Positions 26,655-41,740 are shown, counted from the first letter of the whole stretch. The stretch: DNA of 63,934 bases, filler included, from Folioceros fuciformis (GCA_049999805.1; 11 parts of 11 records of this genome joined end to end with filler, not necessarily neighbours in it); one strand, 5' to 3'. Numbers and translations: made by a program. Notes: generated by a model from the letters alone, not told the origin.

Positions 26655-27652
26655 AAACCCTTGGCAATGCAAGGACGGCAGTGGTTTTTTTTTTTGTGTG
26701 TAACTCACACTTAAAAACTTAAAAACATGTCCATGTTGTGCGGGACAAAACAAAACGTGTCCCCATAGGTCCACAAGCCGTATGGAGAGGAAAAAAATAA
26801 TCTAGTGTACTATATTGAGGTGGGCCCCATGACGTGGGTGTGTACATGATGGGAATCTATACTAGATTCGAAGGTATATTCCCATATGAAGTATGGAAAA
26901 AAAAAAAAAATGTGTGTCCAGCCACTATCCCTGTCAATATTCCATATAGGCGGCCGTAAGTGGTCTGAATGGTGTGACCTTGGTCGTTTTTTTCATACTA
27001 TATACACATGGCACGGGTGGTGACTCAATCTGTGGGCGGGGAGTTCCAATTTCGGAGAGATGGCAGATCAACCTAGACTTGATCTCGGCCGGGGTAAGGC
27101 TCATAAGATATGAATTCTTTTGTGAGGCACTTGGAGGTTAGGGTGTCGGATTGCAACCACATACGTGCTTTCAAGCAAAAGAGCCCCTATACAAGAGCCA
27201 AACTCAGACCCGACTATGTTAGCCACAGCAGTTTTACAACCTTCTCGAGACTCGCTACAACCTCGGTCCTTCAAGTTGAATGCCTTTCAAAGTTCATCTG
27301 CTGGGCTCTCCATTAGCTAGATGCATTTAGTGATAAAGACCAGTCTTCTAGAAGGTTGTCTCACGTAATCTATAAGAGCTGGCGGCACACACAAGGCAAT
27401 CAACATTGGGCTGGTCGAGAAGCGCAGCTCACGGTAGCAGCTGCTGTTACGAGGCTTGGATTGCAGTAAAGTTAGTAGTAGATGGAGACGAAGGCTCAAG
27501 GAGAAAGAAAGGGGCCGGGGATGCTCAATGCTTCTAGCTTAGGTGCTTGTTCCAAAGTTGGAAACACATTTCAAAAAATATTTTTTAATCCAATCCTGAA
27601 AATGTGTCGATACATTTTCGCTTCAAGTGAAACAAAAAGAATGTTCATCCCC

Positions 27653-28295
27653 CTAAGCTTTTGGTGGATCATACATGTACATCGTCTTTGGATCATGTCC
27701 ATCATAATTGTTATCTCCAAAGATATGGCTCCAAGTCTCTGCAGAAAGAATCAAGTTTGCAGAATGATAATCACCACCGGCTCGCATTTGGTCAACAATT
27801 GGAACCAAGATACTGGTGTTGATGCAAATGTTTCCATCAACACGTCCCGATCCATCATCAGAGTTTGATGCGCGACACATATCGAAGTACGCCCCACAAT
27901 TTATCGCTTCCTTCCATACAGTCTCGTCTCCCACTGCCCAGATGCCCGTGCTCACGACTCCTCCAGTACTATTTGTCTTGTTGAACCAACAGCTACTTGC
28001 TGCCCAAAGAAGAGGGACAATCAACGAAGATGAACAAGCGTGTGTGAGCACGTACGAACTTGTATTACATATGTATGGAAAAGAAAATAGAAAGCAAAAA
28101 AGAATTGTGACAATAGAGCAAAGGGGACACACCATCAATCACATACGATGCTTGGGTGATTGCCGCTTTTTGAGCTAGGAAGAAATTGAAGTCGTCTACA
28201 TGGTTTGCGCTTGCTTCTCCGAGACTAGCTCCCAATGAAAACATCACAACCAAGGAGATGACCACAAAGGTCATTTTGTAAACACTCCGCATCAT
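27653..28295 (-). CDS. Secreted EG45-like / DPBB (expansin-related) protein, 169 aa
   Basis: Exons 28295-28133 and 27999-27653 join in frame via GT-AG; signal peptide; SSCW...WAVGDETVWKEAINCGAYF...ICINTSILVPIVDQ...LILSAETWSHIF resembles the DPBB pattern. Confidence 0.65.
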
Positions 28296-29054
28296 CCCTT
28301 GCTCTAGAAAAAGGTATGAAAGGCGACCCTCGAAATGATGTAGAAAACGAGTGCTTGATGCTTTCCAAAGCGCATAGGGCCTCTCTACATATATAGTGCA
28401 ACATTTGATGTGGCCTTCGATGTTTCCTCCACACAACATCGCCCACTGTTTTCCATACTTAACGTTGAGCTTCAAGATTATTACTATTTTTCCTACACCT
28501 TCGAAGGTATTCCTCTTAGAAAAAAAAAAACATTTCCAAAGAAATCATAGAAATAGAAATGGAGGACTTTCCATCACCCGAAGAAGGGAGCTAGTTGGAA
28601 ATGGCGCCCTCTTTTGCACACACGAACTCGTTCTCGATCTTGGGTTTTCACTGCTATACATTTATTTTTTCAATGCTCTGAGGAGGCAGGGCGCAACGGT
28701 GCCCCAAGACCCACACAAAAGGAGCTATGCATTCACGTGAGTAGCGATGCACACTTCTAAGAGCCAATGTTTCGATTTCATCCTGGCCTCGCATGTTGAC
28801 CAACACTTGTGTTGAAATGCTTGCTTCCCCAACCAGGCTGAATGAAAAACGTTGTGAAACAGTCTTCGAGGAAGAAGAAGACAAAGAAGAATTTTAAATA
28901 TAGTGAGCGTAACAAGACTCCAGGCCAGGAGTATCAATTGATACGAAACAAGGGCTCCCATCTTAAGGTCTCATAGATAGGGAAACCGATGCACCCCTAT
29001 CGAGGGATCGTCACTTGCAATTCGAGGAAGAATAGAAAGTGAAGAAAGCAGTCA

Positions 29055-29240
29055 CCTGACCATAGGAGGCACCCTGCTAAAGTAGTGACTTGACCATAGT
29101 AGCCACCCTTCCCAACGTGGTGACTTGACCAAAGCAGCCACCCTTTTCCAAAGCCCGACCATAGCTGCCACCCTTCCCAAAGCTTGACCATAGCCACCAC
29201 AAAAGGCCAAAGAGGGTTAGCTAACCATAGCAGCCACCAA
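29055..29240. repeat. Degenerate ~30-35-bp minisatellite
   Basis: Six gaccatag(c/t)agccaccc-like units. Confidence 0.8.
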
Positions 29241-30056
29241 GGTATATACCTGTGAATACCACAGTAGAGCATATTAAAGAAAAGGCATCTCTTTGGTGTG
29301 CCATAAGTTCCATGTAGATGACATTGACCACATTCAGATAGATAGTCCTAAGTACGTTAGCTTGTTCTTTTAACCAGCGGACATTTGCAATTGAGCACGG
29401 GATCAAGTATCTGTCTACATACACGATGAACTTGCTACAAGTTTCAAACAAATTGACTAGCCTTAGCGAACGGAGAGGTATGGCATACCACAGCGGACGG
29501 AGTGGAGGTGTCAGAATTCTTTCTAAAGACACCAATCATGGCCCCTGTGGCGCATAAGATGAATAGATTGTTGTTCAAAGCAAAATCCCACAACGGACAT
29601 CCTCCCTCGTCCAAGAAAAAAAGAGGCTCTGAAACCTTAACACCTCCCCTTCACTCGACTGTTCCTTTCACATCATTCGCAACGTGGTGGGGGAGGGATG
29701 AGGATAAGGGATTTGTTGAAGGGCCAAAGCACGCCGCGAGGGAGAGCTGAGGATGGGGGTGGGGATCAGGTGAAGACCTAGAGTAAGCTAGATTCTGCTT
29801 GAAAAATTCAGCCGCGCGGGAAGTAGAGGCCCTTGAATGGGTGTCGAGGGATCTCTGTGCCCCATACGGGCTTCGAAAACGAAGCTTCAAATGAGATAGG
29901 GGAGGGCGGTCCTGGTTAAACGTTGTGATTGAGGCATGCCTCAATCACTGGCAGTAGCGAGAGATCAAGGCCCCTCTTAGAAATGTCTTGTTGTTTATTC
30001 TAGGGCCCCGAGACACGGGCCTCAAGCCCTATGATAATGTATAGAGGGGCGTTAGG

Positions 30057-30339
30057 TGTAGAGTTATTAAAGCCCAATGTACTTAGAGTAAAGTGTTTAG
30101 TCTAAGATTAGTGTCTAGTTAAGTACCATTAGTTTAGATTAGCTTAAGCTAATCGGTAGGAAGCTTCTTACGCAGCTTTTTGTGCGCTTCTTGTGAAGCT
30201 TCCTAGGGAGCTCTTCTAGAGGGTATAAATACCCCCTTGAGCTCCCTTGCTATTGAGACACTGAGAGTGAGACCTCTCTTTTCTCATCTCCTCCTTCACC
30301 ATGTAGCTCCTAGAGCGATCCTTCAAGTGGTATCAGAGC
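30057..30339 (+). mobile_element. Short LTR (TG..CA, 30057-30325) plus tRNA-Met PBS
   Basis: TGTAGAG...CCTTCA, then TGGTATCAGAGC at 30328-30339; homologous to the reverse copy at 63605-63859. Confidence 0.9.
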
Positions 30340-30789
30340 GGGTTGGGAGCAAGATGGTGATGTCCTTGGTGTTGTGGATAAGGTGGCTGTGAGGGAGACA
30401 TTGAAGTGGCCGTGTGCAACATCCTAGGTGCAGAGGTCTTCAACCCCACGATGCAAGGCAGCGCGAAGCGGGAGCGGAATCCAAGTAGCAATGTCGCTGC
30501 AGGTGCCACTAGGCCCCAAAAGGGGGCACCTGAGACGCCGAGGCACAGGAGGCGCCAGGCCTTGCGGGCGTAGGCCTCACGGGGCGCACCAGCCCTGCCA
30601 GGCACGGGGTCAGGCGCCCGTGCAGGGCGCCCCCAGGCACGGGTAGAGCCAGGCAGGGGCACCGCCCGCGGGGGTGCCAAGCCCCGTGGNNNNNNNNNNN
30701 NNNNNNNNNNNNNNNNNNNNNNNNNNNNNNNNNTTAATTAATTAANNNNNNNNNNNNNNNNNNNNNNNNNNNNNNNNNNNNNNNNNNNN

Positions 30790-31395
30790 ATCCACGGTTG
30801 GCTAGGGTTGTGACCCTCCCTCATGTCTCGGCATGTTAGTTGTGGATTTGATCTACAGTTGGCTAGGGTTGTGATCCTCCCTCATGTCTCGGCATGTTAG
30901 TTGTGGATTTGATCTACAGTTAGCTAGGGTTGTGATAATGCTTCATGTCTTGGGGTGTTGGTTGTGAATTTAATCTATGCTTGGCTAGGGTTGTGACATT
31001 GCCTCATGTATCGGGGTGTTGGTTGTGGATTTGATCTACGGCTAACTAGGGTTGTGACATTGCCTCATGTCTCAGCTATTGGTTGTGGATTTGATCTACG
31101 ACTGGCTAGGGTTGTGACATTGTCTCATGTCTCAGGGTGTTGGTTGTGGATTTGATCTACAGCTGGCTAGGGTTATGACATTGCCTCATGTCTTAGGGTG
31201 TTGGTTGTGAATTTTATCTACAACTAACTAGAGTTGTGATACTGCCTCCTATCTTGAGGCGTTGGTTGTGTATTTGATCTACAACTGATTAGGGTTGTGA
31301 CACTACCTCATGTCTCAGAGTGTTGGTTATGGATTTGATCTAAGGTTGTAACATTGCCTAGTGTCTCGCACTGTTGACTATAGATTGATCTAGGG
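30790..31395. repeat. ~60-bp tandem array (~10 copies)
   Basis: Unit ggttgtgacattgcctcatgtctcggggtgttggttgtggatttgatctacagttggctag. Confidence 0.95.
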
Positions 31396-31752
31396 ATAGT
31401 TGAGATTGTCACTTGATTGACATGTTAACACCCTCCATCCCTACTCTCACATTCATGCGTGCATGTTCTAATAAGCTCAACTCCTTCTCTTAGAACCACA
31501 GAGGTCATGGATACTTCCATCACAACATAGCCTTGGTCATCAAAAAATATGGTACTCAACTTACAAAATAGTTAGGACTTTATTAGAAGGACGCTTAAAT
31601 GGCCATTGGTAAGTTTAAGAATGGAAAAAACAAAATGACTGAAGAATGCTTCTATTTACTATTTTTCATCCACAATAAGTAGCTTTCATGAATTAAAGGT
31701 AAGAATACTTTTTAAACGATATGAAACGAACACAATAGAACTTTGAACTTTA

Positions 31753-31915
31753 AAAAGATGTAACTCCGCCAACCCTCCCTTTCTAAAGGGAAAAGATGTA
31801 ACTCTGCCAACCCTCCCTTTCCAAAGAGAAAAGATGTAACTCCGCCATCCCTCCTTTTCCAAGGGGAAACCATGTAACTCCACCATCTCTCCCTTTCGAA
31901 GGGGAAAAGATGTAT
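31753..31915. repeat. 38-bp tandem repeat x4
   Basis: aaagatgtaactccgccaaccctccctttc...ggga units. Confidence 0.9.
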
Positions 31916-33167
31916 GCTCAATGGATGTATCATGATGACACTTAACACATAGCCACCTTGGTAAACATCTTAGGTCATTGCTGCCTTATTGGTAAAGAAG
32001 ACATATATATGCATATGTTATTGAATAAAAATATAAATAAATAAGAATACATTATTGCTCGAGCTTTTAACTTTGTCTAGGCTGTTCGAATCTACTCAAG
32101 TAGCTTGTCCCTTGTCACAACAAACCTAGTATAAGGAATGGGGGCCGAGGCATGGGATGGGGCCCTGTTCGTGCTAACTAGTTTTCACAAATGGTTGTAT
32201 GAACTTCCCAACTTTCGTTCAACAAATCATATTATAAATCACAAAAAAATAGCAATTGAGCGTATCCAATGACAAGCACATGGAAAATGCCATTTGCTTT
32301 CAATTTCATCTCACAAAAATAGCAATACAACCTACACAGACGGATTGTCATGACCCATTGTCATAAATCCATTGCCCAACAATGTAATAGTGCATTTTGT
32401 GCATGACATCTGGGTGTGCTGGTGCATGGTGTTGTGCCACATGTATCGGATTTGGCACTTTTGCTACCCACAAGAAACGACTTATGGAGCATTGCTAGAG
32501 TTGCATCGACTCCGAGCTTCTACTTCAGACCGCTATTTGCACATGCTTTCGGTTCGCTGAATGCATTCGCACTAAAGTCCGACAACATGGCTGGATTCTT
32601 CGTATTTCAGAGGATGGGGCAATCTTAGTCCGATCCCTTGGTTGGATCTCTTGTCGTCGGAGCAGCAACCTTAATAGAATATACACAACGCAAGGAAGCT
32701 CGCTCTGGTAAGCAACCTGACCTCAAACCTCACTTTTGTCCGGGGGGGTTGGATCTACTCGAGCCACTCGTCTCGTGCCGCAACGAACCTGGTCCGAAGG
32801 AATACTTTGATGGGCAATAACCTGATTGTTGTGCAGAATCTTTGTCATATGTTGCAGACAACAAAAATTGGGTCATTGAGTATTTTAATCCAACAAATAA
32901 TTTCGAGCATATTACTTTGGAAGTTTAGTTCAAAATTTTGCTCTATCCACAATGTGATTTTAACTATATATAAGAAATGAACGCACCTTTTTTCCTAGGA
33001 AACAATGCATGTAAAGTTTAGTTCGACTATGAGCAATACGATGAGTATTAAACAAAAAATATTAAAACTAAAACAATATATGTACGTTGTTAGAACTTAA
33101 TCAAGATTGTTTGCACACTCTTATATGCTTTAGGAGACATGTGCTAAGTACAATGAACTAAAATCTA

Positions 33168-34001
33168 TCATCGCGCACATAGACATCTCCCACAAAGGGA
33201 ACGGCCATGCTTTAAAACTTCTAGTGTTCTACGCCTAAACCTAATCTTAACCCTAAAGAAAGTTGCCCATGTTGCTGCTCCCATCCTTGTATTTGATTTG
33301 TGTGTTGATTTGTTGTGAGCCACATAATCAATAGAGTCCTTGTATTCTGGCTGGGTTATCGCCTCTTCGTACGCTGCAAGTGCACGATCGGCATCCTCTT
33401 TTAGCGTTCTACATGTTGCATAAGCTATCTTCTTTGCCATCTTCACCTCTTTACATCTTGCAAGTGTTGTCTTAACTACGGCCTCTAGCTCTCTGTATTC
33501 TAAATAAGCTACTGAGACCACCGCTGCCATCTTTTGGTGTGTTTTGTGAATTAATCCTAGAGCCTCATTCACCTCGTGGCATGTTGAGAAACAATCTTGA
33601 CCAGAAGGTGTTAAGCCTTGCTCTTGCCACTTTTGAAGTTCAATGTGTGCTGTACTTTTCATGATCTTCAACTTTGCGGATGCTGTGCATGTTGTTGAAG
33701 TCACCTCCACAAGTTTTTTATATGCTTCATAAGCCGCAGAGGCTGCTGCCTCCAACTTTTGATATTCCATATAAGCTGTTGAGTATTCAACCTTCATGTA
33801 TTGATATGTCGTGTAAGCTTCTTCTTGTTTTTTGTATGTTGTGATAGCTTCTTGAGCAGCTGCCATTTTATTCTCCATTAATGTTGTGCTCTTGTTAACT
33901 ACATGGGGTGCATTCGCACCCATGCTTCTGTCTTTAAAACACCAAAATTTATTAATTCTCATCACCATGGTGGCGTTCTCAACTCTTTGGTGCTTGATCA
34001 A
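33168..34001 (-). CDS. Orphan helical/coiled-coil ORF (A/Y/E/K-rich), possibly 5'-truncated
   Basis: 277 open codons in AT-rich DNA with 14-residue periodicity. Confidence 0.4.
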   Translation of the reverse strand: MIKHQRVENATMVMRINKFWCFKDRSMGANAPHVVNKSTTLMENKMAAAQEAITTYKKQEEAYTTYQYMKVEYSTAYMEYQKLEAAASAAYEAYKKLVEVTSTTCTASAKLKIMKSTAHIELQKWQEQGLTPSGQDCFSTCHEVNEALGLIHKTHQKMAAVVSVAYLEYRELEAVVKTTLARCKEVKMAKKIAYATCRTLKEDADRALAAYEEAITQPEYKDSIDYVAHNKSTHKSNTRMGAATWATFFRVKIRFRRRTLEVLKHGRSLCGRCLCAR

Positions 34002-34968
34002 AATCANNNNNNNNNNNNNNNNNNNNNNNNNNNNNNNNNNNNNNNNNNNNTTAATTAATTAANNNNNNNNNNNNNNNNNNNNNNNNNNNNNNNNNNNNNN
34101 NNNNNNGCCCAGCAGCGGCGACGGGGGGGGGAGGGGGTTTGGGGAACAAATCGCCCAGCCACGGGCCATGGCGGCGGGGAGTAGGACAGCAAGACAATAG
34201 CGGGGATAGGGAAGTGAGGTGAGAGCTGCCAACGCCAGCGGGGTTGAATTGCTCAGCAACGGGCTAGAATAGCGCTGGCTTACCGGATGGCAGCACAGCC
34301 TGGACAGTGGGAAATCACTGGTCAACGCTTCTCAATCCTACAGTAGCAGTTTGGGGCTGAGTAGATCCAGAAGTGCGGGCTCCCAATTAGGCCTACATGG
34401 ATAGAATCGTGACAAGGCATATGGAAGATGAGGAGGCTGGCGAGGTTGGGGACCATGAACGGAGTGTATGGGGAAGAGACAGTAGTGGGAGTGGGCACGA
34501 CGATGGGAAATCAGCTTGGGGAGCGGATTAGGGAGGAAATCAGGATAGGCAGGAGGGAAACTAGGAAAGAAATCACGAAGAAGAAGAGGTTAGGCCTGGC
34601 CCTACATCGGCCAAATCCTTCAACTTGGCTTAACCTCCTCTTATGCGCACATTTAGTCCTATCACTTGGGGATCTCTCCTCTTGCCTACAATGTGGATCT
34701 AAGGAGGAAGCAGGACAGTGGATCTAAGGAGGAAGCAGGACAGAAGCGGGGATAAGAGGAGAATGGAGAAGAAGCAAGGAAGGGAGGGAGGAAGAGAGGG
34801 ATGGGAGCAGCCGCAGTCCTTTAGTCCATCATGTAATCAGCCAGCCATACCCTGATTACCCTGATATCTGACCTTGACCTTGACATACCCCATATTTCCA
34901 TTCTTAGGTTCAAACAATTATTTAACTATTCTATTATTTTAATATTATTTAATACTATATACCTTTAA

Positions 34969-35209
34969 TTAATATTAAACCAATCACTACATTCAAACTT
35001 TCCCCGACCCTATGGTCCGGTACCATACCTAAAATTTTCTAGGTTTGGGACCAAACCTATACCAATCTAATGAGGAAACCAATTATTTCCTAGTTAATTA
35101 ACTTGATTAGCATAAGTAACAGTACAAAAAATGACCAGAAAATAAAGAAAGATAAGTTGAAAAACAAAACCAAATCACTACCCCAACCTTTGGAGGTTCA
35201 CACTAGCCA
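34969..35209. repeat. Second copy of the 1-270 repeat module
   Basis: Co-linear similarity to 1-270. Confidence 0.85.
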
Positions 35210-35241
35210 ATACAATTTGCAAAGCTATCATAAATGTTGTG

Positions 35242-35689
35242 AAAAGAAGGTGTGGCACGCCGAAGAGAGAGAAAAAACTTCATTCCTATGATTGTGATAC
35301 ACCTTAGCACATTCCTCAAATCAACCTTGAAAAGTCCTTGCCTATGGCCCCATGGTTCCCAAGAGCAAGGGGTGAAAACAAGGCCGTCCTATACGGAAGA
35401 ATACTTATAGAATTGGGTAGTAGCACAATCCTTTGTGAATCTTACATATTGGAATCTTGCTTTTCAACATAAGGTCCCTTGAATATGTAAGGAACTCTCT
35501 TTCCATCAAGCCCAAGTTTCGATACCTCATTTTTTTATTTCTTCCGGAATGAGGATATGAGGCCGGAAAGCTTTCTTCTTAAGAAGCTAAATAGGTGGGT
35601 GCCACTCACTCCTCTCTTAAATCGTTCTATCCCTTAACTAGTTTAGGAATAAAGTTCTTTCTCTCTCCTTGTGTGCCACACCTTCTTTT
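35242..35689. mobile_element. Candidate MITE / inverted-repeat element
   Basis: ~47-bp imperfect inverted repeats aaaagaaggtgtggcac...ttccta at 35242-35288 and 35644-35689; no clear TSD. Confidence 0.45.
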
Positions 35690-36172
35690 GATCCAATCTA
35701 TCCCAAGAAAAGAAATACAAGGGCCCAAGCCCCATGATTATTAGAAAGACAAACTTAGAATCGAATGAATACAAGGACCTATGTCTTTTAAAACGTTGAG
35801 AATATATGACATAGTGCCCTGAAAGGGCATGGAGGATCAAGACACAAGGTCCTACATATTCATACTTAGGTGTGCTACAAGTTGTCAACAAGGTACCAAG
35901 TCCTGTGGCGAAAATTGTCCTCGGTGGACTTCAAACCGGCTGAGTTTCCTTTGCCAAGCTCTCGTTTGATCCAAAATTACGAAATGCGTAACGAGACGTG
36001 CCACGTGGGCTCAACATGACAGGCCTATCCAAGTTGATGAGCAACCGGATTAGCGATCCCCAGCGTACCCGGTATCCCGGATGGACAGTTTGGGCGTTCT
36101 TGACCGGGGGCCTTTGCATTCCAAAGTGAAGGGCTTGAGCAGAAGGAGATTTTCCGCAGTAGGATTTTGGCT

Positions 36173-36720
36173 ATGGCGGCGCTGCAGATGGCATCCTGCT
36201 GCTCCTCCTTCGTGGCGGGTTCGTTGTCGCCGCTGGCTCTTAATGGAGCGGGAGCTGGATCTGTAGCTTCGAGGGCTGCTTCCCTGGGGGTGTGGCAGCC
36301 CGGGAGCTACCCATCAGGTGAGGATGCAGATGGAGGTCATGTAAGCGCGGGATGCTGAATGCTGCTCACTCGGGTTTGACTTTGTGTTTTATGCGATGCA
36401 GTTTTTTGTGGACGGGGGGATAAGCGGACAGCCAAGGGCAAGCGATTCAAGGGTTCTTTCGGAAATGTGAGCTTGTGTTTTGTGTTTGTGCGGTGAGGCT
36501 GGCTGAGAAGTGTGAAGGGGATTTGATTGAATGGGATGTTGTGGGTGTGATGTGTGTACAGTGTAGACCGAAGGATAAGAGTAAAGGTAGAGGCCTGCCT
36601 CCTACTCCGCTGCCGGCAAAGAGGGCGCCCAGGAAGGAGGATTTCCCTGAAGGAGAGTACATCCATGTAGACATTGATGAGAGTCTGTACTCGGCGCCGC
36701 CCTTCACTGTTAAGGAGTAG
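36173..36720 (+). CDS. PSRP4: Plastid-specific 30S ribosomal protein PSRP4 (bTHX/S31)
   Basis: Exons 36173-36317, 36402-36466, 36562-36720; transit peptide then [33 protein letters not shown]...HVDIDESLY. Confidence 0.92.
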
Positions 36721-37056
36721 CTGGGACGGTCTGTGTCAGGGTTGTGATCTCATCTAAATGTGATGGGGAAGCTCAATTCTTTTGTTTGGTCTCGTAGGCC
36801 AATTGATGGGGATTTACACACTGAATGTCTGGGGTCAGAAGAAATGAGCAAAGAGTCCGGGGTGCTCGTTTCTTCTCTGAGGTTGCCTCCTCTTAGCAAA
36901 CTTAACGGAGACGGTGAGGGCAGGCCGTTTAGATGTCATTGCTTTGCCTCAGCGCTAGCTACCAAAACTTGATAGAGGTGCTGGGACTGTCCGACTCTCT
37001 ATCTGCATTGAGTGAAGATGGGGAGAGGTTCCAGCTGAAGGGCTCTCGGATGAGGT

Positions 37057-39185
<2,129 letters not shown>

Positions 39186-39386
39186 CACTCCAAGTCCAAG
39201 CCGAGACGTTCGATTCGCACTGGCCTGAAGCTCGCAACCGGAGCGCGAAATCTGGCGCAGGTTTTGAGTGGGCCGACACTTGGAGGTTTTATAGCCGGCG
39301 GGACGGGAAGCTTGAAACGCGAGGCTTGACCCTCGCACCTCGCACATTCCAGATAGCAGCACCCTCGACAGGGCAAGGTTGGATTC

Positions 39387-40926
39387 ATGGCCTCCTCGCT
39401 TGCGTTCTGTCACGCTCGGCTGTTGGCGGGGGCCTTCGCCTGGTCCCCCTGCCCGGCTGACGCTCGACCTGCCGGGGAGCGTTTCTCCGAGGTGGTGCGG
39501 TGGGGCAATGGTGGCCACCACCTCAGCCGGCCTGAGCGAGGCAGCTTGCAAGTGGCCGGCATTGGGTGGGTGGGTTCCTGTGTTGGGTCATGCAGGACCT
39601 TTGAGGGTTGTGAATTTTGATTTGTGGGTCCTGGGATTGGGATGGTGGGTGGCTCAAAATGTGGGTTCTGCGTGGTGCAGGATCCGGAAGGGATATTGGG
39701 TGCCCCGCAGCCCGGGCACATTGCGAGGCGGCAGTTCCAGAAGAGGCTGGAGCAGGACCAAGCTGCCAAGGAGGAGTTTGAGAGGGAAAAGCAGAAAGAG
39801 CGGGAGAGGATAAGAGCTGCTCGAGAGGTGACCCCATCTTGTGTGGAACTCTAACTGGTGATTCCAGCTTCTTTCTTCCCTTTCTGCACGCTGTTGTTCA
39901 TCCGTACGGAGGAAGGAGAAGGATTCTGCTCTGCAGCACTTGCAGTTCAGGAAAAGGGGTTTGGGTCTGGATGATGATGTGAATGGTCGGACCGGCAGGC
40001 CAGAGTCGTTCCGGCAACGACATCGGAGTTGGTGGATTATTTTCTGGACACTGAGGCTCGGGAGCTGGAGTTCGAGATTGCCCGGTGTAGGCCAAGGTTG
40101 GAGCAAGGGGATTGTTGCCTGTCATGTCATGGAGCTGCTTTCATTGCTGGTGGTAGAAGGGGGAGGCCATCTGCTAAATGCGGTTAGTTGCAGACTGGAC
40201 GGTGACTTCTTCAAGTATCTGAAGAAGGAGATCGGGAGCTTGCGCTTTGCAGTGAACTCCTCTCAAGTAAGCTGGCAGCATCCGATCCTCCCACGTGAGA
40301 TTTTCTTGCATGTGCCGTGTGGTGTCGGTTTCTTCTTACAGCATCATGGTACGCAGCAAACAGACGACAGGCTAGTGGAGCTGGAAGCATTGGAGAAGGT
40401 TCTTCAGGAAGGCATTGGTCCGTGTGCAACCACAGCTATTTCGCATGCTGTAGAAGCGAGAGTCATGGGAGAAAAACTCATCTGACTCGAATGATGTTCT
40501 GCAGAGGCGTACGACAAGCTGTCTTCCAACCTTGTGAGTGCCAAAGACCGCCTGGCCAAGATCCTCGTCTCCCAAGACAAGCGGGCGACTGTGAGCATCG
40601 CTCTTCCCTCGACAGCCAACTTATCTATGTGTTCCTGTCACGCACTGGTTCTAACATACGCATTCCTGCCTCCATCTTCTGCAGTTGCTGGAGATGGCTG
40701 GTGAGAATCAGTTGGACAAGCCTCTGTTGGCACTGTTGGACCAGAACATTGCCGCTGCCAGATCTGCCGGCCAGGTGTGAAGTGACCCATGGGCCCATCG
40801 CTCTTGTGTTGTGTGGAAGTAAGAAAACCTGCTTACTGGAAGTACTCTTGTGGCATGAAACAGGAACAAGCGGTCGGCTTCATGGAAAAAATCCGTGGTG
40901 CTGTCCTCAAGTACATGACGGTGTGA
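39387..40926 (+). CDS. Conserved green-lineage plastid protein of unknown function (At1g62780-like from memory, unverified)
   Basis: Eight GT-AG exons 39387-39569, 39681-39827, 39999-40096, 40194-40266, 40357-40417, 40505-40590, 40685-40774, 40864-40926; WDPEGILGAPQPGHIARRQF...YFLDTEARELEFEIAR...MEKIRGAVLKYMTV. Confidence 0.85.
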
Positions 40927-41389
40927 GCCACTGTTGCGAGAATGGTCCCCAGAGCTGCCAATCTTGTCATGGGAGCAGACTTGGTGTAGGGCATCTGTGG
41001 CCACAATTCATTCCTTATAAGCCATCTTCCGGTGCCGAGCAGCAGGAATCTTCAGCCGCCCTTCTCATCGTGCCATTGTTATTCCTATCCCTTGCAAGAG
41101 ACCTGTGGATTTTGGCTGGTAGCTGAGAAGCTTGTTCTCCTACTACCACTGACAAGGACTAGAGGGCATGTTCTACATGACCGGAAGGAGCTCTGGGGCT
41201 CCATAAAGCTGCTTCTGCCGAACTTCACACAACAGCACCACCTCGCAAAGCAAGGCGAGAGGCTTGGGATAGGGATGATCCAGTCAAGTTCAGCGTCTCC
41301 TAACTACCCACGCCGGCCGCCCACCAACACGTGACTCTCGCCACTGATGAGAGGCGATGAGGCCAGTTTACCGGCCGATGACCGGGCTG

Positions 41390-41740
41390 TTGCACACCTA
41401 TAGGCTGTTAACATGGTGGTCCACGTTGTCAAATCTTCCACAACTCCTCCCCTCTGCACTGCCATGGCCATGGCCTTCGGAGCGGGAGCGGACAAGGAAC
41501 CAGCCCCTCATTGAAGGAGAAATCCGTAAAGCAGTGGATGCCCAGTACATGAACAACAACCATCCCTGCTTACAGAATCTGAGCCTGGCCGAACCCTCCT
41601 GAGAGTCAAGCCCAGTACAGCGTGTGTGAGGACACAGAGCAGCCATTCCACACACTCAATGCCCCCGTAGCTTTTGCATTTATTCCATCCCACGCCCAGA
41701 TCCTGTTGAACACATCCTTCTCAGTTGTTCAACTGTCCTG
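41390..41740 (-). pseudogene. Possible highly decayed PLS-class PPR fragment
   Basis: DLTTWTTMLTAY and KDVFNRI motifs, no continuous frame. Confidence 0.3.

Noticed and set aside
30790-31395. CRISPR array
   Set aside because: Contiguous degenerate monomers, no unique spacers, no cas genes, eukaryotic context
40317-41126. 269-aa Cys-rich ORF
   Set aside because: Off-frame read-through of the exons and introns of the 39387-40926 gene
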